DNA of 64,000 nucleotides, from positions 7,006,001-7,070,000 of the forward strand of contig JANJGN010000034.1 in NCBI GenBank assembly GCA_026770705.1. Direction: 5' to 3'. A model generated the notes under the pieces. It was not told where the DNA came from. It saw only the letters and a list, made by a program, of their open reading frames with translations, and ran no database searches. Both the position numbers and the translations under genes were made by a program. This document shows positions 1-12,800 of the stretch, in pieces; the first letter of the stretch is position 1; each line of letters starts with the position of its first letter. The DNA is from Isurus oxyrinchus (lineage: Eukaryota).

Positions 1-842
1 TAGATATAAATACTGCTCTAGCAGAAATGCCTCTTGGGCAAGAGCACAAAATGTAAAACAGCCAAAGGTAAGCTCTGTGACAGAAAAGGAGGCAGAAAAA
101 AGGAGGAAATTAAAGGCTTGTTGGCGCATAGTATGTCATTGGAAAAATGCTGGATCCATTATTAAGTAACTAGTAGCAGCGTATCGAGAACATTACAATC
201 CATTCAAGTGGAAGGAACATTTTTTCTCTCAAAAGGAAATCGTGTTTAATAAAGCAATTAGTGTTCTTGCCGAAGGTAACAAGCATTGTTCGCCAAGGAA
301 ATCCAGTGTCGTCCATCCCAAACAAAAAATATCCATTAAGGGACCATAGAAAATGTAACAATAAATAATAAGGGTTTATGGTGCTGTGCATAATGTAATA
401 CCATGATCAGGAGATTGGTAACCGAACAGGCAATAGAGAATCTGGATAAACGTGTCATTTTCTGGTTGGAACAATTTAATTGATGGGATGAATAATAGCC
501 GTTCAACTATTAACAATATATATACAAATTTCGAAAGAAAAGGTTGAGTGCATTGTTGACAAAATTGCTAAAGTTGCAAAGGTGGGAAGGGAAATAAGTT
601 GCGAGGAGGACACTTCTGGTCGGAAAATCAATGAAGATAGTTTAATCAAAAAGAATAGCAGATGGAACGTGATGTGGGAAAATCTGTGTTTAAACAGGAG
701 GAACAGAGGAGCAGATTTTTAATGAGTAGAAAAAATATCAGAATTCAGCATGCTGAAAGAACGGTGTATCCTTGTACATGAAACACACATAAATATAGCA
801 TGAAGGTAAAGCAAGAAGTATATCAGGGAAGCATTATTTTGA

Positions 843-2552
843 ACAAAAACAGAATTACCTGGAAAAACTCAGCAGGGCTGGCAGCATCAGCGGAGAAGAA
901 AAGAGTTGGCATTTCGAGTCCTCATGACCCTTCGACAGGACTTGAATTCGAGTCCAAGAAAGTGTTGAAATATAAGCTGGTTTAAGGTGTGTGCGTGGGG
1001 GGCGGAGAGATAGAGAGAGAGACAGAGGTCGAGAGGGCGTGTGGTTGTAGGGACAAACAAGCAGTGATAGAATCAGATCATCAAAAGATGTCAACAACAA
1101 TAGAACAAAAGAACACATAGGTGTTAAAGTTGGTGATATTATCTAAACAAATGTGCTAATTAAGAATAGATGGTAGGGCACTCAAGGTATAGCTCTCGTG
1201 GGGGTGGCGAGAGCATAAAAGATTTTAAAATATTTAAAAATAATGGAAATAGGTGGGAAAAGAAAAATCTATATAATTTATTGGAAAAAAAAGGAAGCGG
1301 GAAACAGAAAGGGGGTGGGGATGGGGGAGGGAGCTCACGACCTAAAGTTGTTGAATTCAATATTCAGTCTGGAAGGCTGTAAATTGCCTAGTCGGAAGAT
1401 GACATGCTGTTCCTCCAGTTTGCGTTGGGCTTCACTGGAACAATGCAGCAAGCCAAGGACAGACATGTGGGCAAGAGAGCAGGGTGGAGTGTTAAAATGG
1501 CAAGCGACAGGGAGGTTTGGGTCATTCTTGCAGACAGACCACAGGTCGCCCAGTTTACGTTTGGTCTCTCCAGTGTAGAGGAGACCGCATTGGGACCAAC
1601 GAATGCAGTAGATTAAGTTGGGGGAAATGCAACTGAAAAGCTGCTTCACTTGAAAGGAGTGCTTGGGCCCTTGGACGGTGAGGAGAGAGGAAATGAAGGG
1701 GCAGGTGTTGCATCTTTTGCCTGGGCATGGGTTGGTGCCATAGGAGGGGGTTGAGCAGTAGGGGGTGATGGAGGAGTGAACCAGGGTGTCCCGGAGGGAG
1801 CGATTCCTACGGAATGCACATGGGGGGTGAAAGGAAGATGTGTTTGTTGGTGGCATCATGCTGGAGTTGGCAGAAATGGTGGAGGATGATCCTTTGAATG
1901 CGAAGGCTGGTGGGGTGATAAGTGAGAACAAGGGGGACCCTATCATGTTTCTGGGAGGGAAGAGAAGAAATGAGGGCAGATGCACGGGAGATGGGCCGGG
2001 CACGGTTGAGGGCCCTGTCAACGACCGTGGGTGGAAAACCTTGGTTAAGTAAGAAGGAGACCATGTCAGAGGAACTTTTTTTGAAGGTAGCATCATTGGA
2101 ACAGATGCGCCGGAGGCGAAGGAACTGAGAGAGTGGGTTGGAGTCCTTACAGGAAGCGGGGTGTGAGGAGCTGTAGTCGAGTAGCTATGGGAGACGGTGG
2201 GTTTGTAATGGATATTGGTGGACCGTCTATCACCAGAGATTGAGACAGAGAGGTCAAGGAAGGGAAGGGAAGTGTCAGAGATGGACCACGTGAAAATGAT
2301 GGAGGGGTGGAGATTGGAAGCAAAATTAATAAATTTTTCCATGTCCCGACGAGAGCATGAAGCGGCACCGAATTAATAATCGACGTACCGGAGAAAGAGT
2401 TGTGGAAAGGGGCCGGAGTAGGACTGGAACAAGGAATGTTCCACATACCCCATAAAGAGACAGGCATAGCTGGTGCCCATGCGGGTGCCCATAGCCACAC
2501 GTTTTATTTGGAGGAAGTGAGAGGAGTTGAAGGAGAAATTGTTCAGTGTGAG
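843..2552 (-). mobile_element. 5'-truncated, frameshifted Penelope-like retroelement (RT C-terminus, GIY-YIG endonuclease, 3' tail)
   Basis: Minus-strand frames give VAMGTRMGTSYA, RYVD, LPFLDLSV..IHYKPT, NLIYCIR..CGLLYTGETKRKLG and RKLEEQHVIFRLGNLQP; ttttga repeated at 837-842 and 2605-2610; absent from the duplicate near 62092. Confidence 0.92.
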
Positions 2553-2553
2553 A

Positions 2554-2657
2554 AAAAAAATTCAGCCTTTTTTTAAGCACCATCTCTTGTACAGTAAAGC
2601 TAAATTTTGAGCTTTATTGTACAAGAGATGGCGCTTAAAAAAAGGCTTTAATTTTTT
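2554..2657. repeat. Near-perfect ~50 bp-arm inverted repeat at the Penelope 5' junction
   Basis: aaaattcagcctttttttaagcaccatctcttgtacagtaaagct versus agctttattgtacaagagatggcgcttaaaaaaaggctttaatttt. Confidence 0.9.
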
Positions 2658-3139
2658 GCAATACCCAGGGTCGGACCTCATCTGGAGTACTGCAAACGGC
2701 TACGATTCCTTAATTTGCCGGGCGAATGAGGTGGGGGTGGGGGGTAGGGTGAGGAGTTGTGGAATATGCATCCATTGGAGGCACTTATTGAATGTCCAAT
2801 CGGTTGACTTACATGATTTACTCTGACAACTAAAGTTTGAGAAGATTGTTCCTACATTAATTTCGGCTTAGCAGAATTAGTGATGATCTTACTGAAGCAT
2901 ACATGATTGTCACAGGGCAGATGTTAATATATTTCATCCTCTTGAAGGGGAATCAAAAGCTAGCAGACACAGTTTCAAAATAAGGAATCTTCCAGTTAAG
3001 ACAGAGTTTTTGCTTCACTGAATCGTTAATATTGCAAGTAACTACCACAGTGGACAGTGCAGGCTGTGTCACCGAATATTTTATAAGACTGCATCTTCAC
3101 CTACGAGGCAATTAATTCTTAAGGGGACGATAATGATGT

Positions 3140-3280
3140 TAAAACAAAAAAGAACTGCTGAGGATGGGAATCATAAATGAAACATAAAATGCTGGTAAAA
3201 CGTAACCAGTCTGGCAGCATCTGTGGAGAGAGAAAGGGGGATCAACTTTTGAAGTCCATATGGCCCTTCTTCACAGCTGG
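3140..3280 (-). mobile_element. Old Penelope-tail remnant (second copy at ~62630-62770)
   Basis: aaatgctgg..aa..cagtctggcagcatctgtggagagagaa resembles the tail of the younger element at ~850-940. Confidence 0.6.
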
Positions 3281-3790
3281 TTAAGGAGTTAATTCAGGGA
3301 AGTGGAATTATGGCACTACTAGATTCATTATATTCTTGCGGAATTGAGGGGAAGGTTAAAGGGGCCAAATGGCCTAATTCTGCTATCTTTTCTTATGTTT
3401 TTGCATTGTTAAGGGGTGACATCACTATTTGCCTTTCTCAAAACTGCACATAGCAAAAGTCTGTACCAGCTCCATTGCACTGAGAATTCTCAATACCTGG
3501 TTGTAATCACAAGTATCTCAGAGTTTTACTCAGAGTCCAGACTGCGGAGCACATTATTTTCTTTTGGGGGAAAGAGCAGAGTCAATGAAGGGTAAAGATC
3601 CTAAAGTTTACACTTGTTTGGATTTCGATAACAGGAGCGTCAAGTCAATGATCAACAGTAAGAGGAAAAGAGAGTTGTTAACTTTGCTATCGGATGTCTG
3701 ATAACGAATTGCAGATCATGTTTTTATGCTCAGTGGCATACTACATCCTGTAACTTTTCTATTGCTTATATTTTCTTTACCTATTCACAG

Positions 3791-3805
3791 AAAGTGTAAA
3801 GAAGG
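3791..3805 (+). CDS. 15-nt microexon, (E)SVKK
   Basis: ttttctttacctattcacag|AAAGTGTAAAGAAGG|gtaagt; paralog at 63280. Confidence 0.75.
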
Positions 3806-6800
3806 GTAAGTACAAGAATGTTACAGAAACTCGACTTTCATGTAAGATAAATAAGTTGTCCTAAAAATTCATACCTGGCACAATTGGCCCAATATCCTGT
3901 CAAGTATCTTGCCTGATGTCGAAGATAGAGTTATTTCCCTTTTTTTCACGTCCCTCTGTGACATCCCTCCTCCCCATCTGTGTAACGTTCCACAGCTCAT
4001 AATTCCTTTTTGATCCATGTATTTTTCTTCCTTAGTTTCCTATTCAGTACTTTCCCATTCCCCACCTCGACACGTTTAAGACATTCCCTGAAAACTGTGC
4101 CTCAGAGTGATCAGCCTTGATACGTTTCATAACATCTCTCAACCTGTTCGTTGTGATTCTTTACTATTTGTTCCATATCAATGTATGTTTCTGCCTTCGC
4201 CGTCGTTGTCTGTTTAGTAAAAGTTTATTAATCTCTTCAGCTAAATTTGAAAATGGCTCATATCGCATGAAGGCCCCCAGGAGACTTTGGAGTCGAATGA
4301 ACACGAGCCAGGATGTGAACCCTTCGAAAAGCACACCTTTTAAGAGAACCTGGAAGGCTGATTAAACGCATACCAGATGGGCTTAAATACTCATGTTGTT
4401 TCTCTCCGCATTCCAGAGCTAGGCACCTGCCAAGATACCATAAAGGATTTAGGTGAGCCAGTCACTTTTGATGCCTGCCAAATTTCCCGACCGTTTGCTT
4501 TACTCTTAAATCAAGCAAAGCTCCAAGTGTTTCCAAAGCACAACGGAGAAAGAACGATCCTGGAGCATTAATGCGTGTTTTTTTTAATAAATGGTGAACT
4601 TTGAAACAATGACAGATTTGTTCTGTATGGGCAGCTGAACTGTCAGTCATAGTGTTTTCTTGCAAATCTCGGTCAGAAGCTTGGCAAGTGAATTTATGGA
4701 TTGTTCGTTGTTCAGAATGATTCACGTATATCATATCATGTATAAAGCATCGCCTGCGTTGGAGCACCAGCTGTTGGCAGTCAATTCACAGACTGATGTA
4801 GGTTCATGTGTGTATTCAGATGCATGACTACAATGGAATTGAATATTTTTGGTGGGTCTTCCCTCTCTACGACATCGAACATTTTGCCTGGCTACCCAAA
4901 ATGGAAATTCATCGTATAGAGCTTGGTTACAGTAATTGGTTTTACTCATATGGAACCGAATCAGCTTTCGCCATCATATATCGCCAACTTTAATTGTTCT
5001 TGGCTCCAAGGTTAAAAAAAAGACCTAGACCTTTTTCGCGGAAAGTAAGATTTTAAAAAAAGAACTGTTACATGCCCTTAGGAATGTAGCTTCATTTATG
5101 TTATCTCCATGCTCCATGGTGTGCATTTCCCCCCGAAGCGCCACTGCGAGGTAAAGAGGAAAACTTCACTATTCATTCCTCTTTGAGCGATAGGATCGGT
5201 AGCAAGTTGCCAGCTAGCAGCGAATAAATGACTGTTGTCAACTTTCCATGAGCTGTTCTATACAAATTTCACGGTGTTCCACGTTCTCAAGGAGATTTAT
5301 GTTTGCCCTGCACTGTCGGCCTCATGCATTATAGCTTGATTTTCAGTGATAACCTTTCCGGAGTAGGTCATGCATTTGTTCATTTTGTTAATTATTCTTG
5401 ATTTGTTTCACAGATAAAATAAAAAAAGGTAAGTGGAAATATGCTCTAGCACGTGCCCATCTAAATGGATGAAAAGAAGGATGAGGAAAGATGGATTTGC
5501 AGTGATTACACATTGCAATTTAACGTAATTTTTAAATTTTCATTATTATATCTAAATCCCTCTGTGGCCTCGCCCTTCCAAAAATGCCATGAGAATCCTC
5601 TGGCCTTACAACTGGCTGCAAGTTCTGTGTTCACACCACGCTGGTTTGTTTCCGATCGCGCTATTCCTTCATCATACCAATGGCATTTTATGACTTCTGC
5701 AATATGTCCGAAGGCTCCAAAGCACGTTTGCTAAACTTTGGGCCTCAAACTATCCTTCCTCCTTTAATAATCACATATTTCCTGGGCGGTTTCCAAATTC
5801 CACCCCTCGTCCTCACCCCGGAGTCTGGCCAATAAGTAAAGTTTTGTTCAAAATATGGTGAAAAACATTGAGGATCCTTACGCCCTGTGGCACTTCGGTT
5901 ATCGGGAAGGCCTGCGAGGAACCTTAGAAATACTGAGCATCCGATACTCTGGCAAACATGTCCTCAGAACAAGCAGGGGTATACATGGCATCTTAAACAA
6001 CTCAATGACTCTTCTGGCGAACGATGTCTCCAGCAGGAACAAACCACAATCGTTTTAATTTTCTGCCATTATACCATGGTGTTGTTCCCTATAGACATGC
6101 GTGGAAGTTCATGTGCAACGGTTTGTCCATCCTAAAATTTTGACCTAACGGGCATTTTTCTTTCCGAGCCCCTCTACCATGTCATTAGGTGTCCAGCGAA
6201 TGGTGGAGGGAGCATTGTTGTGTTGTATCGAAACTATCACTTGAAATATGCTTGCACTGCATTTGGTCAATTGAAAAAGCGAGCATTCAAAGGCCCCAAC
6301 ACCAAAACTGACAGGAAACACATGTTTTGTTATTTGTCACTGATTACCACCTTACTTTATGGGGCTGAATTATTGAAAACGTACAGGAGGCACCTGAAGG
6401 GTGTTGGGTCATACCGTTAACACTGCCTGCAAAAGAAATTGCACATTAAGTGTGAGGGTAGACAGGCGAACACTAGTGCCCCCTAACAGGCAGTCAACAT
6501 AAGCTTTGGGTCTATATTCATGTGCGATCAGCTTTGGCGAGTTGGTACATCAATCGGCTGTCAGGTATCAGGCTCACAATGCAAGTATTGTTCTCGAAGA
6601 TTAGTAAGGACAGACGCACACGAGGAGGGCAGAGGACGCTCTTAAGGGATGTGCTAAAAAGCAACATGAAGAAAATGAATTATTCACATCAACACCTCGG
6701 TGGACACCCTTTCTGGATTAAGCGAAACAACACCAGGCCCTAAAGGAAGGACCCCAACAATTTGAGTCCGAATAACTACAATGTGCAAAAAGAGTGACCA

Positions 6801-9800
6801 AAGGAAAACAGCATGACCCGAATTAATGATACAAGACCTGACATCCATCAAGGCAACAAATGCCTTGGGTGCATGAAGTCTGCAGGCTTCGAATCTGACT
6901 CTTAATCCATCTCTCAAGGAAGACAATCATCCTCCCTAGTGAGGCGCAGCCAGTAATAAACGGATCTGCAAGCAATTAACAACATGTCCCGATGTGGCTT
7001 CATGTTGCATCAGTTAATTTGGTCGAAACTGTTTCCGTGGAAACAATTTTGCTGCTATTCCTAATAAAGTCGCAAAATACATGCAACTTGTCCTTTCCTG
7101 TCAAAAGTCTACTTTCAATCTCTACCAGCAAGTTTCTGCCGCCAAATCTGAGGGAACAGTGCTCACAGGATGACGAATTGAGTGTTCTACAGTACAGTTA
7201 ACCATGTGGGAGCAAACCATGTTTCCCGAAGAGAAGAGAAACATTTGTAACATAAACAAAGAACACAGCTTGTCATAGAATGGTTACAGCAAAGAAAGAG
7301 GCCATCCAGCTCTTCGCGTCAGAAGCGTATCTCTGGGTCAGTATCTCGGCTGTGCCCATGCTACAGACCTTCACCTGCAGCGCATGCAACTTGCTTGCTA
7401 TTCAAAGAATTACCCAGCTTCCTATTAAAAGCTACGATTGTTCCTTCGCTGAGCTTATTCTTAGGCATTGCATTTCGGAACCTAATGATGTGCTGCACAT
7501 TTATTTTTCCCCATGTCCTCTTTGGTTTTCTGTCAGTTAACGTTAGATTAACATCTTCCGGTTCTTGCCCATTCCTCATGAGAACAATATATATCTGTCT
7601 AACATGTCCAGGCCACATCGTGAATTTGAAAAGCCCCATGAAATCTTATTTCAATCATATTGTATTTATGTACAACCACTCTAAATTCTCAATTCATTCC
7701 ACCTGGAAGAAACAATCATCTCTCGAAACATGCCCATGAATACAAACTCTAGCCCCTCTAACGCCTTCACATCTACCTAAACTAAGATGTCCAAAATATG
7801 ATACAAGTCCCTATTCGAGGTCGAACTAGCGGTTAAACAGTTTTACTATGACTTGTTTTCTTTGCTGCCTATTCATCTATTTATAAAGCCGAGGATTTCA
7901 TCTGGCTTAGTGACAGCGTTTTCAATCTGCCCTGCATCTTGCAACCATTTGTGCTCTTATACTCCCAAAGCCACATAAGCAGCTACAATCCCCTCAGGAA
8001 TACTATCACAAGTTGTTCATTACCTCTTCCTAGCAAAATGTATCACTTCATGCCCCTCTCCACTTATTTCAAATGCAATAGTTCCTCTCATTCCACCAGT
8101 CCACCTGCGTCCATGAGATGTATTTCACGATCTTCTTCGCAATTCATAGACCTGTAAAATCTGAAAACTTTGAAATTTTGCCCTGGACACTCAGCTCTAG
8201 GTCCCTGATGCATACCATGTGAATTGATTGGAAGGGGGAAACTGCGCAATTTTGTTGACAATTAAGTGTGGATTATCCATTTTATGAATTACAGAGCAAA
8301 GCAATTGTCAACAAGCTGTAAAAGACCTAGGTGAGCAAAATATTCCCGGTGTTGCTTTAGAATGCATGGCTTATTTTTTGAACCATTAAGCAAACACTTT
8401 TATTTCTGTTAAAGAGTGAAGTTATCAATTCAGGCACCCGTTGTTTAGCGATAGGCCCACATTTGCTTCCGTTGATTTCAATAAAAGAAAATACTGGGCT
8501 AAAATCAAAACAGGCCGACCATCTGATAGTGAGCAGGATGAATTTCCGATGCTCCATGCATCATGATTATTGGTGATTTTTGTCACAACTCACTGAATCC
8601 TGCACGCTAACAGAATGATGACTTTTTTTTTAACTTATCAATTCGGCACCAAGTTGGCAAAGTGTTCTAACCAATAACGAAACTCCTCACACACGTGAAA
8701 AGTGTTGTATAATCCTACAATTTTTGTTTTTTTTATCATATAATCCCGAACAGAACAAAAACTGACCGCAAAAGAAAAAGGTACCTCATCTGACGTATTT
8801 TCTTCAAGATGCCAGAGATTGACAATGGCTGTTTGCTTCTTTACATGATTTGTTTTGTTTTCGTTTGGATGTTTTACGTTTTTTATTTAACAAAGCAGAT
8901 TCCTAGAATGTACCCGAAGGGTTGGCTCAGAGGAATCCTTTATGTGTGCTCCATAGTTTTGAGATAGGAGGGCATATTTTCCGATGCTGTATCACACAAA
9001 GTTGTAAGACAATAAATAACATGTGAACGAATGAACTGAATAAGGAATTCACTTAATGCTCCTTAAACAAGGTAGTGGCAACAACGAAGTACTCGCTAGC
9101 ACAGTGAAGTTAGAAATAAAACGTATGCGGTGGGTAAGAATGACAGGTTTGCTGATAGTGTTTGTGACGCCGTTGTGAAGTCACAACTTTCAACCAGAAG
9201 CTGCGCATTCAGGTCTCACTTCAGGACTTGATGGCTGTTGAATCTGAGTTCGTAAGGTGGCTGGCTGTTTTGGGCAGCAACTTGCAAAACCTTCCAATGT
9301 GCATGGCGGCTGGTGCTAAGAACGGGAGAGATGCTGGCAAGCCAGAAAGCAGAAGGCAACGTCAAATGACTGTCGTACTTTGCCAAGCATAATCAAGACC
9401 AACTCGAATGCAAATCCTTGACCACCAACACCCTCTGAATGTAGGTTACCTGGAAAAGCAGGAATGAAATAATGTATTTGGTAAGTTGCTCTGGTGGGGG
9501 TTAGGCTTATGCATGGAAAATTCTTTGGACGGACATATATTTTCCGCTAATTTATATGGTTTGGACTACCCTCTCGGTACTGAATTCATTAGATTCAAAT
9601 CCCTTTTTGAGATGAAAATCAGTCCAAATTAGTAAGGAAAAATGACAGAATGCCGGCTATACTTGAGCGTGTGACATGCTTAACCAGGGAGAAAAACCGT
9701 GTATCTACTTAAATACTGTAAATGAACAATCGTTCACGGGAAGAACTTGGCAAAGTCCCGCAATAAAAGAAAATCCACAAAAGGATTTGGTTTCACGGTT

Positions 9801-12800
9801 GTGAATGTTAGTTTGCAAACAGAAGCACGGTGCATGTTACTAATTGAGACTTACAGCGCCAGTAAAGATGGAATTATGCGAAGTCTTATTTTTTAAGAAT
9901 GCATGATATGCAAGTAAGATATACTAAAAACATGCCATGCAATATTGGATGACTGTCTTGGGGAGATTCAATGCCATCCCTCTGTATGTTATTACCCAAC
10001 CTGTACTCAAGTAAGGTGACCGATGCCAGCCCCACGCTTATTGCTACTGCAATCCCAGCACTCTGCTTTTTGTTAAAATGGAGTATGAAATGGCGGCCCA
10101 AATTAGATCTCATATTTTTATGAATTTGATACAAGGATCAGCTGAGGGAAATATTCTGCCATTATTTATGGGTAGGTTAAGTTGGCGCTTCAGCAAAAAG
10201 TGGGCGGAAGTACATATGATAATATGAGATGCAGTATGTGCAGTATGGAGCACGTGGAAGGACATAATCCACTTTGTCGAATATCTTGAACAGTACTGTA
10301 AGCTCTGTATCGTAAGTCGGGAGGATGGGGAGGAGGAAATTGAAATAATGATGAAACTCTCACATCTCACTATTCTAGAGATTCTAACGTGCCAAGAGTC
10401 TTTAAAGGATTCAGGTGTGAAATATATTTGTTATCTGTGTAAAATAACCGCTGCACGAAATATTCCTGCAATCCCTAGCCCAGAGGTAGAATACAGAAAT
10501 GCCGATCAGTAATTCTAAATGTACAGATATAAACTTTGCCTGCATTATATACTTACCCAGAATAGAAAGAGACCAACCCTCCACCTTCCCAGTTACTGCT
10601 CAATGAAAGTCACTCTCCATCTCTCTCTCTCTTATTAGCTGCGTTTCAGAAATATTTTCACACAACCTTGCAAGTGCTTGTTCTGCCCAATAAGTTGTTG
10701 CTCCCCGGCAACTCCCTCCAGCCCACCCTATGACATGTCTATGAATAACCATAAATCTGTAGTTTTTTTTTGCTGGTTGTCCTGGATGTGGGAACCTTTT
10801 ATTGTTATTTATTTTCTTAAGAATAATGGTCTCATCCTATTGGGCATCATTATCATAGGGTCCATTAACGTTTTTGCCATGATCAGAAAATTATCAGCTC
10901 CACTCCGCTCTCTATATAACTGAGGCCCGTGGTCTGTCGATTAAATCTTCCCTGTGCTCCCATCACGATTTGTGAATCATTGCAAACAGTGGTGCATTGA
11001 ATTTGAATACAATATCCTAAAGTGGCGCTTATAAAACAACAAACGTTGAGATGATGCACTGAGAGTCGATATATTGGTGAGATAAGTATCATCAGCAGTG
11101 AGATCTCTGTCAATTATTGATCCCGACTAATGCATGGCACTGTTATCTGAGCTGGTTTTCCGGCTACGCATGGAATGGAGGGCCGTTTCGATAGGTTCAG
11201 TTTCACGCTACAGTCCAGGATTATTATTTACCACTATATGTAGCGTGATCTACATTATTGTATTGCTGCGGAGATATGCACACAAGAGTATGCTTGACAT
11301 AGCAACTCGTTAAAAATGTCAATCCACCTACAAACTTGTGTCTTTTCATATAAAACATCAACTGTTTCAAAGATTCCTAAACCTTCCTGTTAACGTCATG
11401 GTTTGACAGAAAAAAAGCTGGAAGGCAAAGTAAAAGGTAGGCAGTTTAAGGGTTCGCTGTTTTAAAAAGACAGAAATCAACGTGTTAGGAACATAGCTAT
11501 GCGTCTTTTGTTTCATGATTAACTTTTCTCATATAGCATTTAGCATTATTAACGGGAAGAACGGCTGAATTTGGTAATTGGCTATATGTGGAGAAAAAGT
11601 TTCAGCTTGAGGTCAAAGCCAAAATTGAGAGCGAGTAAGGTAGGAGTTTAACATTAATCCAAACTCACACTCAGGAGGAAAGTATTGAACCAGGAAACAA
11701 CAAGAATTTGGAATGCACTGCTGCATGATCCTTTGTTTTACGGAATTTCACAGCATTTTTTTACTGCCAAGGACAGTTATCACACGAGATCCCACAAATG
11801 TTCAATCAACCTGATTATCACGGATTAAGTATTGTGTCATCCCCAAGAAAATTTTAATGTCAACTCCAGATTAATGTCCGCCGTGCATTGTTAAGCAAGT
11901 TTACCCCGTGCTTGCAGTCTGGTTTAAAGACTGTTCCTTCCACAAAATAACGATGCCTTCCTTTGAGAACTTGTTCATGCTTTGGGTAATGACTTTGGAA
12001 GGATACATGTAGATGTCTAAATATCCAGACTGTGTTCCCTCAGGTTGTTTGCAGTCATTTCAGGGGCCATGTGTGATTGAAATTCCTCGGCGCACTTTAC
12101 TGTCAGCCAACGAGCTGAATAGTGTGCGAGCTTTAAGGAATGCTATCCAGCAAACACTGTGCAGTTCATGCACTAAGTATGAAATTATGTTGATCATTCT
12201 CAACAGAATACTAAAGCGGAGTCCATCAAATGAGTATATAGAACCTATTTAAATAACATCTGCACGCACAAAAACATAGTGCCTACTTAGCAAAGGCGCT
12301 ACGGATTACACCGAAACATTTCTAGATTAAAACGAAGTTTAAGTTCTCCAGAAAAGAAAATTCATGAATGAAACCATGCCAATGTCCCTTATAGAAAGCA
12401 GAAGTTCGTCACCAATAAAAAGCAGTTAGTGGAAGAGCTTCAAGTAATGCAAACCACATTCGTCTATTCAACCTCAGTCTCTAACAGCAGTGTAGGTTCG
12501 AGACACGATTGTTAATAGGATTACCGGGCCAGTTTGATTGCTGTCGGGATATTAAAATTATCGCGCTGTTACTTCACATTACCAATGGCATTTTATTGCT
12601 TCTGCAATATGTCCCAAGGTCCCAAAGCATGTTTGCTAAACTTTTCACCTAAAAATCTCCTTCCACCTTGAACATTTACATATTTCCTGGGCGGTCTCCA
12701 GAGTCTACCGCTCGTCCTCACCCCGGAGTCTGTCCACTAATTAAAGTTTCGTTCGAAACATAGTTAAATGCAGTGAGGTGCCTTTTGCCCTGTGGCACTT

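Larger units (their letters stand above)
390..3130 (+). mobile_element. Old degenerate CR1-type LINE fragment interrupted by the Penelope element
   Basis: Decayed similarity to CR1 ORF2 (..NRKQR.GINGSFSGW.., ..GKVSCEED..WQME..V.KC); uninterrupted copy at ~61650-62620; boundaries approximate. Confidence 0.6.
120..4510. repeat. Segmental duplicate, copy 1 (matches ~61360-64000)
   Basis: Colinear diverged match, e.g. ccattattaagtaactagtagcagcgtatc at ~156 and ~61401; copy 1 additionally holds the Penelope insertion. Confidence 0.95.

Noticed and set aside
1335-2342. 335-aa ORF as an intact gene
   Set aside because: It is a frameshift mosaic of a truncated Penelope ORF; the middle is out of frame and the RT motif is disrupted.
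3580-3591. Possible 12-nt exon (ESMK)
   Set aside because: Poor acceptor context, and the AG is not preserved in the duplicate near 63065.
9060-9130. CACAGTG as a V(D)J recombination signal with a J-like segment on the minus strand (EYFVVATTL)
   Set aside because: No nonamer at 12 or 23 nt spacing, no FGxG/WGxG motif and no conserved donor.
10348-10414. ATGATGA as a C/D snoRNA C box, or MMKLSHLTILEILTC.. as a leader exon
   Set aside because: No D box or terminal stem; ATGATGA is altered in unit 7; the conservation is explained by the acceptor plus 36-nt exon B.
11275-11350. pre-miRNA-like hairpin around ttgacat...atgtcaa
   Set aside because: Only a 7-bp stem with poor extension, and flanks vary among units.
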